A model generated the notes under the pieces. The model saw only the letters and a list, made by a program, of their open reading frames with translations, had not been told where the DNA came from and ran no database searches. Position numbers and translations under genes: made by a program. This document shows, in pieces, positions 1 through 34,377 of a stretch of 64,000 bases of DNA. How positions within the stretch are numbered: position 1 is the stretch's first letter; every line of letters begins with the position of its first letter. This DNA is from Macrostomum lignano (taxonomy: Eukaryota), in assembly GCA_002269645.1 (NCBI GenBank), contig NIVC01003181.1, positions 1-64,000 on the forward strand, given 5' to 3'.

Positions 1-3000
1 TTTAGCTTCTGATAGCTATTCTGACATAGCTACTGACATTCTTAGCTTCTGACAGCTATTCTGACATAGCTACTGACATTCTTAGCTTCTGACAGCTATT
101 CTGACATAGCTACTGACATTCTTAGCTTCTGACAGCTATTCTGACATAGCTACTGACATTCTTAGCTTCTGACAGCTATTCTGACATAGCTACTGACATT
201 CTTAGCTTCTGACAGCTATTCTGACATAGCTACTGACATTCTTAGCTTCTGACAGCTATTCTGACATAGCTACTGACATTCTTAGCTTCTGACAGCTATT
301 CTGACATAGCTACTGACATTCTTAGCTTCTGACAGCTATTCTGACATAGCTACTGACATTCTTAGCTTCTGACAGCTATTCTGACATAGCTACTGACATT
401 CTTAGCTTCTGACAGCTATTCTGACATAGCTACTGACATTCTTAGCTTCTGACAGCTATTCTGACATAGCTACTGACATTCTTAGCTTCTGACAGCTATT
501 CTGACATAGCTACTGACATTCTTAGCTTCTGACAGCTATTCTGACATAGCTACTGACATTCTTAGCTTCTGACAGCTATTCTGACATAGCTACTGACATT
601 CTTAGCTTCTGACAGCTATTCTGACATAGCTACTGACATTCTTAGCTTCTGACAGCTATTCTGACATAGCTACTGACATTCTTAGCTTCTGACAGCTATT
701 CTGACATAGCTACTGACATTCTTAGCTTCTGACAGCTATTCTGACATAGCTACTGACATTCTTAGCTTCTGACAGCTATTCTGACATAGCTACTGACATT
801 CTTAGCTTCTGACAGCTATTCTGACATAGCTACTGACATTCTTAGCTTCTGACAGCTATTCTGACATAGCTACTGACATTCTTAGCTTCTGACAGCTATT
901 CTGACATAGCTACTGACATTCTTAGCTTCTGACAGCTATTCTGACATAGCTACTGACATTCTTAGCTTCTGACAGCTATTCTGACATAGCTACTGACATT
1001 CTTAGCTTCTGACAGCTATTCTGACATAGCTACTGACATTCTTAGCTTCTGACAGCTATTCTGACATAGCTACTGACATTCTTAGCTTCTGACAGCTATT
1101 CTGACATAGCTACTGACATTCTTAGCTTCTGACAGCTATTCTGACATAGCTACTGACATTCTTAGCTTCTGACAGCTATTCTGACATAGCTACTGACATT
1201 CTTAGCTTCTGACAGCTATTCTGACATAGCTACTGACATTCTTAGCTTCTGACAGCTATTCTTACATAGCTACTGACATTCTTAGCTTCTGACAGCTATT
1301 CTGACATAGCTACTGACATTCTTAGCTTCTGACAGCTATTCTGACATAGCTACTGACATTCTTAGCTTCTGACAGCTATTCTGACATAGCTACTGACATT
1401 CTTAGCTTCTGACAGCTATTCTGACATAGCTACTGACATTCTTAGCTTCTGACAGCTATTCTGACATAGCTACTGACATTCTTAGCTTCTGACAGCTATT
1501 CTGACATAGCTACTGACATTCTTAGCTTCTGACAGCTATTCTGACATAGCTACTGACATTCTTAGCTTCTGACAGCTATTCTGACATAGCTACTGACATT
1601 CTTAGCTTCTGACAGCTATTCTGACATAGCTACTGACATTCTTAGCTTCTGACAGCTATTCTGACATAGCTACTGACATTCTTAGCTTCTGACAGCTATT
1701 CTTACATAGCTACTGACATTCTTAGCTTCTGACAGCTATTCTGACATAGCTACTGACATTCTTAGCTTCTGACAGCTATTCTGACATAGCTACTGACATT
1801 CTTAGCTTCTGACAGCTATTCTGACATAGCTACTGACATTCTTAGCTTCTGACAGCTATTCTGACATAGCTACTGACATTCTTAGCTTCTGACAGCTATT
1901 CTGACATAGCTACTGACATTCTTAGCTTCTGACAGCTATTCTGACATAGCTACTGACATTCTTAGCTTCTGACAGCTATTCTGACATAGCTACTGACATT
2001 CTTAGCTTCTGACAGCTATTCTGACATAGCTACTGACATTCTTAGCTTCTGACAGCTATTCTGACATAGCTACTGACATTCTTAGCTTCTGACAGCTATT
2101 CTGACATAGCTACTGACATTCTTAGCTTCTGACAGCTATTCTGACATAGCTACTGACATTCTTAGCTTCTGACAGCTATTCTGACATAGCTACTGACATT
2201 CTTAGCTTCTGACAGCTATTCTGACATAGCTACTGACATTCTTAGCTTCTGACAGCTATTCTGACATAGCTACTGACATTCTTAGCTTCTGACAGCTATT
2301 CTGACATAGCTACTGACATTCTTAGCTTCTGACAGCTATTCTGACATAGCTACTGACATTCTTAGCTTCTGACAGCTATTCTGACATAGCTACTGACATT
2401 CTTAGCTTCTGACAGCTATTCTGACATAGCTACTGACATTCTTAGCTTCTGACAGCTATTCACATAGCTACTGACATTCTTAGCTTCTGACAGCTATTCT
2501 GACATAGCTACTGACATTCTTAGCTTCTGACAGCTATTCTGACATAGCTACTGACATTCTTAGCTTCTGACAGCTATTCTGACATAGCTACTGACATTCT
2601 TAGCTTCTGACAGCTATTCTGACATAGCTACTGACATTCTTAGCTTCTGACAGCTATTCTGACATAGCTACTGACATTCTTAGCTTCTGACAGCTATTCT
2701 GACATAGCTACTGACATTCTTAGCTTCTGACAGCTATTCTGACATAGCTACTGACATTCTTAGCTTCTGACAGCTATTCTGACATAGCTACTGACATTCT
2801 TAGCTTCTGACAGCTATTCTGACATAGCTACTGACATTCTTAGCTTCTGACAGCTATTCTGACATAGCTACTGACATTCTTAGCTTCTGACAGCTATTCT
2901 GACATAGCTACTGACATTCTTAGCTTCTGACAGCTATTCTGACATAGCTACTGACATTCTTAGCTTCTGAGCTATTCTGACATAGCTACTGACATTCTTA

Positions 3001-6000
3001 GCTTCTGACAGTATTCTGACATAGCTACTGACATTCTTAGCTTCTGACAGCTATTCTGACATAGCTACTGACATTCTTAGCTTCTGACAGCTATTCTGAC
3101 ATAGCTACTGACATTCTTAGCTTCTGACAGCTATTCTGACATAGCTACTGACATTCTTAGCTTCTGACAGCTATTCTGACATAGCTACTGACATTCTTAG
3201 CTTCTGACAGCTATTCTGACATAGCTACTGACATTCTTAGCTTCTGACAGCTATTCTGACATAGCTACTGACATTCTTAGCTTCTGACAGCTATTCTGAC
3301 ATAGCTACTGACATTCTTAGCTTCTGACAGCTATTCTGACATAGCTACTGACATTCTTAGCTTCTGACAGCTATTCTGACATAGCTACTGACATTCTTAG
3401 CTTCTGACAGCTATTCTGACATAGCTACTGACATTCTTAGCTTCTGACAGCTATTCTGACATAGCTACTGACATTCTTAGCTTCTGACAGCTATTCTGAC
3501 ATAGCTACTGACATTCTTAGCTTCTGACAGCTATTCTGACATAGCTACTGACATTCTTAGCTTCTGACAGCTATTCTGACATAGCTACTGACATTCTTAG
3601 CTTCTGACAGCTATTCTGACATAGCTACTGACATTCTTAGCTTCTGACAGCTATTCTGACATAGCTACTGACATTCTTAGCTTCTGACAGCTATTCTGAC
3701 ATAGCTACTGACATTCTTAGCTTCTGACAGCTATTCTGACATAGCTACTGACATTCTTAGCTTCTGACAGCTATTCTGACATAGCTACTGACATTCTTAG
3801 CTTCTGACAGCTATTCTGACATAGCTACTGACATTCTTAGCTTCTGACAGCTATTCTGACATAGCTACTGACATTCTTAGCTTCTGACAGCTATTCTGAC
3901 ATAGCTACTGACATTCTTAGCTTCTGACAGCTATTCTGACATAGCTACTGACATTCTTAGCTTCTGACAGCTATTCTGACATAGCTACTGACATTCTTAG
4001 CTTCTGACAGCTATTCTGACATAGCTACTGACATTCTTAGCTTCTGACAGCTATTCTGACATAGCTACTGACATTCTTAGCTTCTGACAGCTATTCTGAC
4101 ATAGCTACTGACATTCTTAGCTTCTGACAGCTATTCTGACATAGCTACTGACATTCTTAGCTTCTGACAGCTATTCTGACATAGCTACTGACATTCTTAG
4201 CTTCTGACAGCTATTCTGACATAGCTACTGACATTCTTAGCTTCTGACAGCTATTCTGACATAGCTACTGACATTCTTAGCTTCTGACAGCTATTCTGAC
4301 ATAGCTACTGACATTCTTAGCTTCTGACAGCTATTCTGACATAGCTACTGACATTCTTAGCTTCTGACAGCTATTCTGACATAGCTACTGACATTCTTAG
4401 CTTCTGACAGCTATTCTGACATAGCTACTGACATTCTTAGCTTCTGACAGCTATTCTGACATAGCTACTGACATTCTTAGCTTCTGACAGCTATTCTGAC
4501 ATAGCTACTGACATTCTTAGCTTCTGACAGCTATTCTGACATAGCTACTGACATTCTTAGCTTCTGACAGCTATTCTGACATAGCTACTGACATTCTTAG
4601 CTTCTGACAGCTATTCTGACATAGCTACTGACATTCTTAGCTTCTGACAGCTATTCTGACATAGCTACTGACATTCTTAGCTTCTGACAGCTATTCTGAC
4701 ATAGCTACTGACATTCTTAGCTTCTGACAGCTATTCTGACATAGCTACTGACATTCTTAGCTTCTGACAGCTATTCTGACATAGCTACTGACATTCTTAG
4801 CTTCTGACAGCTATTCTGACATAGCTACTGACATTCTTAGCTTCTGACAGCTATTCTGACATAGCTACTGACATTCTTAGCTTCTGACAGCTATTCTGAC
4901 ATAGCTACTGACATTCTTAGCTTCTGACAGCTATTCTGACATAGCTACTGACATTCTTAGCTTCTGACAGCTATTCTGACATAGCTACTGACATTCTTAG
5001 CTTCTGACAGCTATTCTGACATAGCTACTGACATTCTTAGCTTCTGACAGCTATTCTGACATAGCTACTGACATTCTTAGCTTCTGACAGCTATTCTGAC
5101 ATAGCTACTGACATTCTTAGCTTCTGACAGCTATTCTGACATAGCTACTGACATTCTTAGCTTCTGACAGCTATTCTGACATAGCTACTGACATTCTTAG
5201 CTTCTGACAGCTATTCTGACATAGCTACTGACATTCTTAGCTTCTGACAGCTATTCTGACATAGCTACTGACATTCTTAGCTTCTGACAGCTATTGACAT
5301 AGCTACTGACATTCTTAGCTTCTGACAGCTATTCTGACATAGCTACTGACATTCTTAGCTTCTGACAGCTATTCTTACATAGCTACTGACATTCTTAGCT
5401 TCTGACAGCTATTCTGACATAGCTACTGACATTTTAGCTTCTGACAGCTATTCTGACATAGCTACTGACATTCTTAGCTTCTGACAGCTATTCTGACATA
5501 GCTACTGACATTCTTAGCTTCTGACAGCTATTCTGACATAGCTACTGACATTCTTAGCTTCTGACAGCTATTCTGACATAGCTACTGACATTCTTAGCTT
5601 CTGACAGCTATTCTGACATAGCTACTGACATTCTTAGCTTCTGACAGCTATTCTTACATAGCTACTGACGTTCTTAGCTTCTGACAGCTATTCTGACATA
5701 GCTACTGACATTCTTAGCTTCTGACAGCTATTCTGACATAGCTACTGACATTCTTAGCTTCTGACAGCTATTCTGACATAGCTACTGACATTCTTAGCTT
5801 CTGACAGCTATTCTGACATAGCTACTGACATTCTTAGCTTCTGACAGCTATTCTGACATAGCTACTGACATTCTTAGCTTCTGACAGCTATTCTGACATA
5901 GCTACTGACATTCTTAGCTTCTGACAGCTATTCTGACATAGCTACTGACATTCTTAGCTTCTGACAGCTATTCTGACATAGCTACTGACATTCTTAGCTT

Positions 6001-8097
6001 CTGACAGCTATTCTGACATAGCTACTGACATTCTTAGCTTCTGACAGCTATTCTGACATAGCTACTGACATTCTTAGCTTCTGACAGCTATTCTGACATA
6101 GCTACTGACATTCTTAGCTTCTGACAGCTATTCTGACATAGCTACTGACATTCTTAGCTTCTGACAGCTATTCTGACATAGCTACTGACATTCTTAGCTT
6201 CTGACAGCTATTCTGACATAGCTACTGACATTCTTAGCTTCTGACAGCTATTCTGACATAGCTACTGACATTCTTAGCTTCTGACAGCTATTCTGACATA
6301 GCTACTGACATTCTTAGCTTCTGACAGCTATTCTGACATAGCTACTGACATTCTTAGCTTCTGACAGCTATTCTGACATAGCTACTGACATTCTTAGCTT
6401 CTGACAGCTATTCTGACATAGCTACTGACATTCTTAGCTTCTGACAGCTATTCTGACATAGCTACTGACATTCTTAGCTTCTGACAGCTATTCTGACATA
6501 GCTACTGACATTCTTAGCTTCTGAGAGCTATTCTGACATAGCTACTGACATTCTTAGCTTCTGACAGCTATTCTGACATAGCTACTGACATTCTTAGCTT
6601 CTGACAGCTATTCTGACATAGCTACTGACATTCTTAGCTTCTGACAGCTATTCTGACATAGCTACTGACATTCTTAGCTTCTGACAGCTATTCTGACATA
6701 GCTACTGACATTCTTAGCTTCTGACAGCTATTCTGACATAGCTACTGACATTCTTAGCTTCTGACAGCTATTCTGACATAGCTACTGACATTCTTAGCTT
6801 CTGACAGCTATTCTGACATAGCTACTGACATTCTTAGCTTCTGACAGCTATTCTGACATAGCTACTGACATTCTTAGCTTCTGACAGCTATTCTGACATA
6901 GCTACTGACATTCTTAGCTTCTGACAGCTATTCTGACATAGCTACTGACATTCTTAGCTTCTGACAGCTATTCTGACATAGCTACTGACATTCTTAGCTT
7001 CTGAGAGCTATTCTGACATAGCTACTGACATTCTTAGCTTCTGACAGCTATTCTGACATAGCTACTGACATTCTTAGCTTCTGATAGCTATTCTGACATA
7101 GCTACTGACATTCTTAGCTTCTGACAGCTATTCTGACATAGCTACTGACATTCTTAGCTTCTGAGAGCTATTCTGACATAGCTACTGACATTCTTAGCTT
7201 CTGACAGCTATTCTGACATAGCTACTGACATTCTTAGCTTCTGACAGCTATTCTGACATAGCTACTGACATTCTTAGCTTCTGACAGCTATTCTGACATA
7301 GCTACTGACATTCTTAGCTTCTGACAGCTATTCTGACATAGCTACTGACATTCTTAGCTTCTGACAGCTATTCTGACATAGCTACTGACATTCTTAGCTT
7401 CTGACAGCTATTCTGACATAGCTACTGACATTCTTAGCTTCTGACAGTATTCTGACATAGCTACTGACATTCTTAGCTTCTGACAGCTATTCTGACATAG
7501 CTACTGACATTCTTAGCTTCTGACAGCTATTCTGACATAGCTACTGACATTCTTAGCTTCTGACAGCTATTCTGACATAGCTACTGACATTCTTAGCTTC
7601 TGACAGCTATTCTGACATAGCTACTGACATTCTTAGCTTCTGACAGCTATTCTGACATAGCTACTGACATTCTTAGCTTCTGAGAGCTATTCTGACATAG
7701 CTACTGACATTCTTAGCTTCTGACAGCTATTCTGACATAGCTACTGACATTCTTAGCTTCTGACAGCTATTCTGACATAGCTACTGACATTCTTAGCTTC
7801 TGACAGCTATTCTGACATAGCTACTGACATTCTTAGCTTCTGACAGCTATTCTGACATAGCTACTGACATTCTTAGCTTCTGACAGCTATTCTGACATAG
7901 CTACTGACATTCTTAGCTTCTGACAGCTATTCTGACATAGCTACTGACATTCTTAGCTTCTGACAGCTATTCTGACATAGCTACTGACATTCTTAGCTTC
8001 TGACAGCTATTCTGACATAGCTACTGACATTCTTAGCTTCTGACAGCTATTCTGACATAGCTACTGACATTCTTAGCTTCTGACAGCTATTCTGACA
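1..8097. repeat. 40-bp tandem satellite, about 200 copies, runs off the left edge
   Basis: Unit CTTAGCTTCTGACAGCTATTCTGACATAGCTACTGACATT repeated near-perfectly, with only sporadic substitutions and 1-2 bp deletions. No ORFs in the track. Confidence 0.99.
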
Positions 8098-9319
8098 GAG
8101 TTCAAAAAGGAACTTTGATTGCCAATAAAGTTTTGCGTCAATTGGGCCAGAGGTTTGGTCAATTCCAGCTGCATGCAATTGATTTATTGCCTTAGCTAAG
8201 GGACAATCCGTAGCTGATTCTGCCACCAGAGATGTCAGTCAATATCGACCGGCATGGCTCGTGTTTGCACTGGGGCTCAGCTAACAGGCTTCCTTTCTAA
8301 CTCAGCCGAGCCCAATTGAGCGGCCACCTCCTTGGGCAAAACGTTAGGCATGCATGGGAGTCTTGCGTGGCTGATTTAAGCCAAATGTACTTGGCAGGAA
8401 ATCTATGATTATAGACTTGGGCCTCTAATACAGATCGATCCTACACCCAAGCTATATACGAGTTATGGCCAAGATTCGCCGGCTGCGTGAAGAGATGCGG
8501 TTGGCCATATGCAAACAAGAGTCTTATTTAGATAGCAGCCTAACCGGCTATAATGCATCAAACCAGATCCCATGCGGGCATTGCGCATGAGCTCTGCTTG
8601 AGCACCGCTTGGCAACTAATTGATCAAGCTGCTCCTAGCTTCTTTCATTCGCTTCCGCTTTTTTCTCAGAGGCCCCGTCTTTAATTAACTGCGCCGCTTC
8701 TATATTTTTTCTCTCTTCGATTCGCCTGTCGAGTTCGCTCCGGATTGGTTTTGGGCTCCGGCGCCCCCAGACCGGTCGCTAATTGTCAATCGATATCCGA
8801 TGCGTGCCTTCACTCGATTGGATGGGGGGATAGCTTAGGAGGCGGCTGGACTCGAATGCAGGAGAGAGGATTACAGCGACGTGGGGTTGGAGAAAACGCG
8901 AGTAGGCCTCCTTAGTTTTTAAAACGGAGCTCGAGGGGTGTGGGGTGCGGGCATCGATTGCCGACCTATAGGCCTGAGGCACTTTTTCTCGAAGCGGAAC
9001 AGCTGATACTATACACTGATACGAGCTCCATTCTACTGCGATTGCATTGTTGCAGCCGGTAGGTAAGTCAGGGGGTGGGGGCGGGCCCAAGCACCCACTA
9101 ATTAAAAGTTGCAATTGCACCAGGATGCAGCACACTCGCCTTCTATGAAAGTTTATTTGAAGGCCGAATTTAACTTTAAAAGTAGAGCACTAACTATCTT
9201 GCTCGTCGACTGCTTTCGCAAAGTACTTGCGAAAGCACTTCGAAGTACTTGAGAGTTTATTACTGCACTACTCGTGTCGGGTTTCTGCGCTGAAATGAGA
9301 GCCAAACTTACGTGACATC

Positions 9320-10600
9320 TTGCTTCTGACACTTATCTACTGACAAGTGAATCCTGACACTGAATCCTGACACTGTTTCCTGACACTGTTTCCTGACACT
9401 GAATCTTGAGACCTTATCTACTGACACTGAATCCTGACACCTTATCTACTGACACTGAATCTTGATACCTTTTTTATTAGAGGCAGGGGGGTTGTGTGCA
9501 CCCTGGCGCACTTTAAGCGACAGGCACACAACCGGCGAGAGGCATTGCTGCCCATTTCGCCGACTCCCCTGAGCAGGTATACAAGCGCGCGGATACGTAC
9601 GCAGGCACACACTCACACAGGAGTGTACAGCGGCCCTAACTTTATTTTATCGTTAGGCATGTACACTTCACTGCGCCTTGGGGGGGTTGGCTCTCAAGGC
9701 CGTTAATTGCACGAGCAGAGCCAAGCCGAGATTCCAATTCAGCCCCAAATTAATGTGACTGCACTTGGAATTGGGTCGCTGGCACACCAGAGCAGCTGCG
9801 CTACCGCTGGGCTACGGCCCCCCTATCACTGAATGCTGACACCTTATCTACTGACACTGAATCTTGAGACCTTATCTACTGACACTGAATCCTGACACCT
9901 TATCTGCTGACACTGAATCTTGACACTTTATCTGCTGACACTGAATCTTGACACCTTATCTACTGACACTGAATCTTGATACCTTATCTCTGCTGACACT
10001 GAATCTTGACACTTTATCTGCTGACACTGAATCTTGACACTTTATCTACTGACACTGAATCTTGACACTTTATCTACTGACACTGAATCTTGACACTTTA
10101 TCTACTGACACTGAATCTTGACACCTTACCTACTGACACTGAATTCTGACTCTTTTATCTACTAATATTGAATCTGACACTTATCTACTGACACTGAATC
10201 TTGACACCTTATCTACTGACACTGGATCTTGACACTTTATCTACTGACACTAAATCTTGACACTTTATCTGCTGACACTAAATCTTGACACTTTATCTGC
10301 TGACACTGAATCTTGACACTTTATCTGCTGACACTGAATCTTGACACTTTATCTACTGACACTGAATCTTGACACTTTTATCTACTAACACTTTCACCTA
10401 CTGACACTTTCACCAACTAACACTTTCACCTACTAACACTTTCATATACTAACACTTTCACCTACTGACACTTTCATTTAACTGACACTATCACCTACTG
10501 ACACTTTCACTTGCTGACATTTTCACCTACTAACACTTTTATCTACTAACACTTTCACCTACTGACACTTTCACCTACTAACACTTTCACCTACTGACAC
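9320..10600. repeat. Degenerate CTACTGACA-core minisatellites (about 28-bp units, then 16-bp units), interrupted at about 9480-9830
   Basis: Units such as CTTTATCTACTGACACTGAATCTTGACA and CTTTCACCTACTAACA. They share the CTACTGACA core with the 40-bp satellite. Confidence 0.9.
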
Positions 10601-10715
10601 ATAAGTTTTAATGCTTAGCTTATTCTGACGCATTCTTCCACTATGAATGCCATTTCTCTGCACTCCAATCCAAACCTGTAACTCGCGCTTCTCTGTCCTG
10701 CAGTCCTTCGCTGCC

Positions 10716-12197
10716 ATGCCGACACCGCCTGCCGCCGTCAGCCAGGACCTGCAGCCCGCCGACGCGTACACCGAGTCGCCGTTCCTCCGCCGTCTGCCGC
10801 CAGTCGCCTCGCCGGCGCCAGACTCGCTCGGCATCGCCCGCTACGCCGAGTACGGCCTGCTGGTCTGCGCCAGCATCGTCGGGATCGTCGGCAACGTCGG
10901 CATCCCGCTGGTGATCCTGTCAGTGAAGCGATTGAGAAAAGCCGCCAATTCGTTCATGTTTCACCACTGCCTGCTGGACCTGATGAAGGCACTTTACAGC
11001 CTCCTGTTCGCCAACAGCCTTCTGTATGAACAGGAGCCCCGGTTCTGCAGCCTCCTTGGCGGCTCCTTCATCGTCTGCGTCACCGGCACGGCCTTCAACC
11101 TGCTGGCCATGGTCATGAGCGAGGCCTACGTCTACGCCGATTTGAACGCCGGCGTGAAGGACAGCGGCAGCTGCTGCTGCATCCTGTTCAGCATCAGCAC
11201 CATCTGGTTCGCCAGCATCATCCTCAACCTGGGCGTTGCCTTCCTGCCCGGCAATCCCAGCTACGTTGAGAAGATCGGGCATTGCACTTTTCGCTACGGC
11301 GAGACTCGGAACTACGTCCTGCACGCGCTGTGGATCACCCTGGTCACCCTGGCAGTGGGCCTGGCCGTGCTGTACCTGCGCAAGCTCTACCAGGACATCG
11401 CGGCCGGTCAACTGGCAGACAGTCAGCTGTCGCGCACCGTCAGGCAGTCGCTGGAGCGGCCAGGTGGACCCGGCGAGCCGGCCGGCTGTCCGGACCCCGC
11501 GGCCGAGCGAGCCCTGCTGCGCCGGATTCAGCGCCACGCCATGACCAAGCTGTACATGCTGCTGCTGCTCACGGTGCTGTTCGTGCTGTTCTGGTACCCC
11601 CTGTTCGCCCTGACCCTGGCCGACCCCAGCTACTCAGGGCAGCCGGTGGCCTACCGAGTCCTCACCATGTTCGCCTGCTGCAACTCAGCCGTCAACCCGT
11701 TCGTGCTGGCCTGCCTAGTCGGCGGCCGCGGCTGCTGCCGCTCCGAGACGCCGCCGCGGCTGCGACTTCGCCGAATAGACTCCGGCGAGTCCGAGGAGGC
11801 GGCCACTCTGAGTCGCTCCGGTGGCCGACATCTGAGGCAGCTACTGCCATCATCCAGCGACAGCTTTCAGGCCGCCTCGGAGCCGCCTCAGCTGCTGCCG
11901 TCGCTGCCTTCGCTGGCTGGGGGCGGCGGCGGCGTCTACAGCAACAGCGAGTTCTTCAGCAGCGGCCTGCACGAGGGGCCTCAGCCGCCGCCTCCTCGTC
12001 CGGTGCCGCCTCCTCCGCCGCCGCCCGCCGCCTACATGCGCCGCATGGAGTCGCTGGACCGCTGCGCCGAGGTGCCGACGCCGCCTCCGCCTCCGCCTCC
12101 GCCACCTCCGATGCCGCAATCTGGCTCGACTTCTCGCTACAGCGCTGCAACGTGGGGCGTTCAAGTGATGCAGTCCAGTCTCCAGTCCACTCTATAA
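10716..12197 (+). CDS. Intronless rhodopsin-like (class A) GPCR, SREB/GPR85-like orphan, with long Pro-rich C-tail
   Basis: Seven hydrophobic segments. Motifs: TM1 GN, TM2 LLD, TM3 Cys plus TAFNLL, ECL2 HCTF, TM6 FWYP, TM7 NSAVNPF. TAFxL and CTF recall the SREB family (from memory, not searched). The track ORF starts at 10647, but ATG 10716 (gccATG) follows a 3' splice acceptor at 10702-10703 and is the likelier start. A perfect GTAAGT donor at 9063 may end a non-coding first exon. Confidence 0.9.
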   Translation: MPTPPAAVSQDLQPADAYTESPFLRRLPPVASPAPDSLGIARYAEYGLLVCASIVGIVGNVGIPLVILSVKRLRKAANSFMFHHCLLDLMKALYSLLFANSLLYEQEPRFCSLLGGSFIVCVTGTAFNLLAMVMSEAYVYADLNAGVKDSGSCCCILFSISTIWFASIILNLGVAFLPGNPSYVEKIGHCTFRYGETRNYVLHALWITLVTLAVGLAVLYLRKLYQDIAAGQLADSQLSRTVRQSLERPGGPGEPAGCPDPAAERALLRRIQRHAMTKLYMLLLLTVLFVLFWYPLFALTLADPSYSGQPVAYRVLTMFACCNSAVNPFVLACLVGGRGCCRSETPPRLRLRRIDSGESEEAATLSRSGGRHLRQLLPSSSDSFQAASEPPQLLPSLPSLAGGGGGVYSNSEFFSSGLHEGPQPPPPRPVPPPPPPPAAYMRRMESLDRCAEVPTPPPPPPPPPPMPQSGSTSRYSAATWGVQVMQSSLQSTL

Positions 12198-12484
12198 AAC
12201 ATTTTTTCTCTCAATGCCATTGCTATGTACGCTGGACCTTTGAAGTGCATCGTGTGACATCTCTTGCTATTCTCTGGTTACTCATTAATGTTATTATATT
12301 TTTAGTTTGAGCTCACTTACCATTTAAGACTCCGAACTTTTTTACGATTTAATTAACAAAAAATGTGATGCTAAATAATATATCTGTGCATCAGTGCACT
12401 GGCAATAGCAAGTCCGATGGTGAGGGGAACCACCTTGAAAGTGTCTTTTAGAGTGCTTGTTTAAAATAAAGTTATTACATGTAC

Positions 12485-12725
12485 GACAGGAGAGTCACCT
12501 GTTAGACAGGAGAATCACCTGTTAGACAGGAGAATCACCTGTTAGACAGGAGAATCACCTGTTAGTCAGGAGTGTCACCTGTTAGACAGGAGAATCACCT
12601 GTTAGACAGGAGAGTCACCTGTTAGACAGGAGAGTCACCTGTTAGACAGGAGTGTCACCTGTTAGTCAGGAGTGTCACCTGTTAGACAGGAGAGTCACCT
12701 GTTAGATAGGAGTGTCACCTGTTAG
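12485..12725. repeat. 20-bp minisatellite
   Basis: GGAGAGTCACCTGTTAGACA, about 12 copies. Confidence 0.95.
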
Positions 12726-13376
12726 ATTAACTACCGAACCACATGTGACATGATGTTAGTAAATAATGCTCAGCGAGATGCAGCTCTGTGAAAGTGTGAG
12801 CGTTGAAGAAAAGAAAAACAACCGCACGCTTAAATATATTTTTGAGTAGAATTTTCTTTAAAATTGTGAAAACTAGATAGATATGGATAGATGGGTGATT
12901 TTTGCAAATATACAGAGAAAATTTACGAACTTTCATTAAAAATTACAATTATTTTAAGATCTGAAAATACCTACGGTGAATTAATCAGGTTAATTAATAG
13001 ATGAATACTAACTATTTATCCTATAATCGGCCAAAACGCGCGGTTCTTTATCTGAATAATAACCAGTTAGTTTATCGCGACTTCGTATGAAGGCGAGCGT
13101 CGAATATTTAATTTACTTCGATTTTTTGTTAGAATAAATGAATTTCTAGGAAAAAAGGTTATCGATCATTTGCAATAAAAGTTAACGAAAATTTCGCCTT
13201 TTGATGAAGAAAGAAAGCAAGTACGAGCTACCGTGTTTAAAAATAAATAAGAGTCGGCCTTCAAAAATTAATTGGCTGACAGTTTTACACTCGTAGGTAT
13301 ATGAAAATTCTTTGTCAACAATCTTTTTAAAACTCTTCCAACCCTTTTTGATGTGTCATTGAAATGTTTTTATCTG

Positions 13377-34377
<21,001 letters not shown>

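Noticed and set aside
1-8097. CRISPR-like array
   Set aside because: Head-to-tail identical units with no unique spacers, no cas genes, and a eukaryotic context. The same applies to all other arrays in the window.
8098-9317. Solo LTR at the satellite edge (minus strand begins TGTCACG)
   Set aside because: No matching TSD or second terminus found. It may instead be the GPCR promoter and first exon (donor at 9063). Unresolved.
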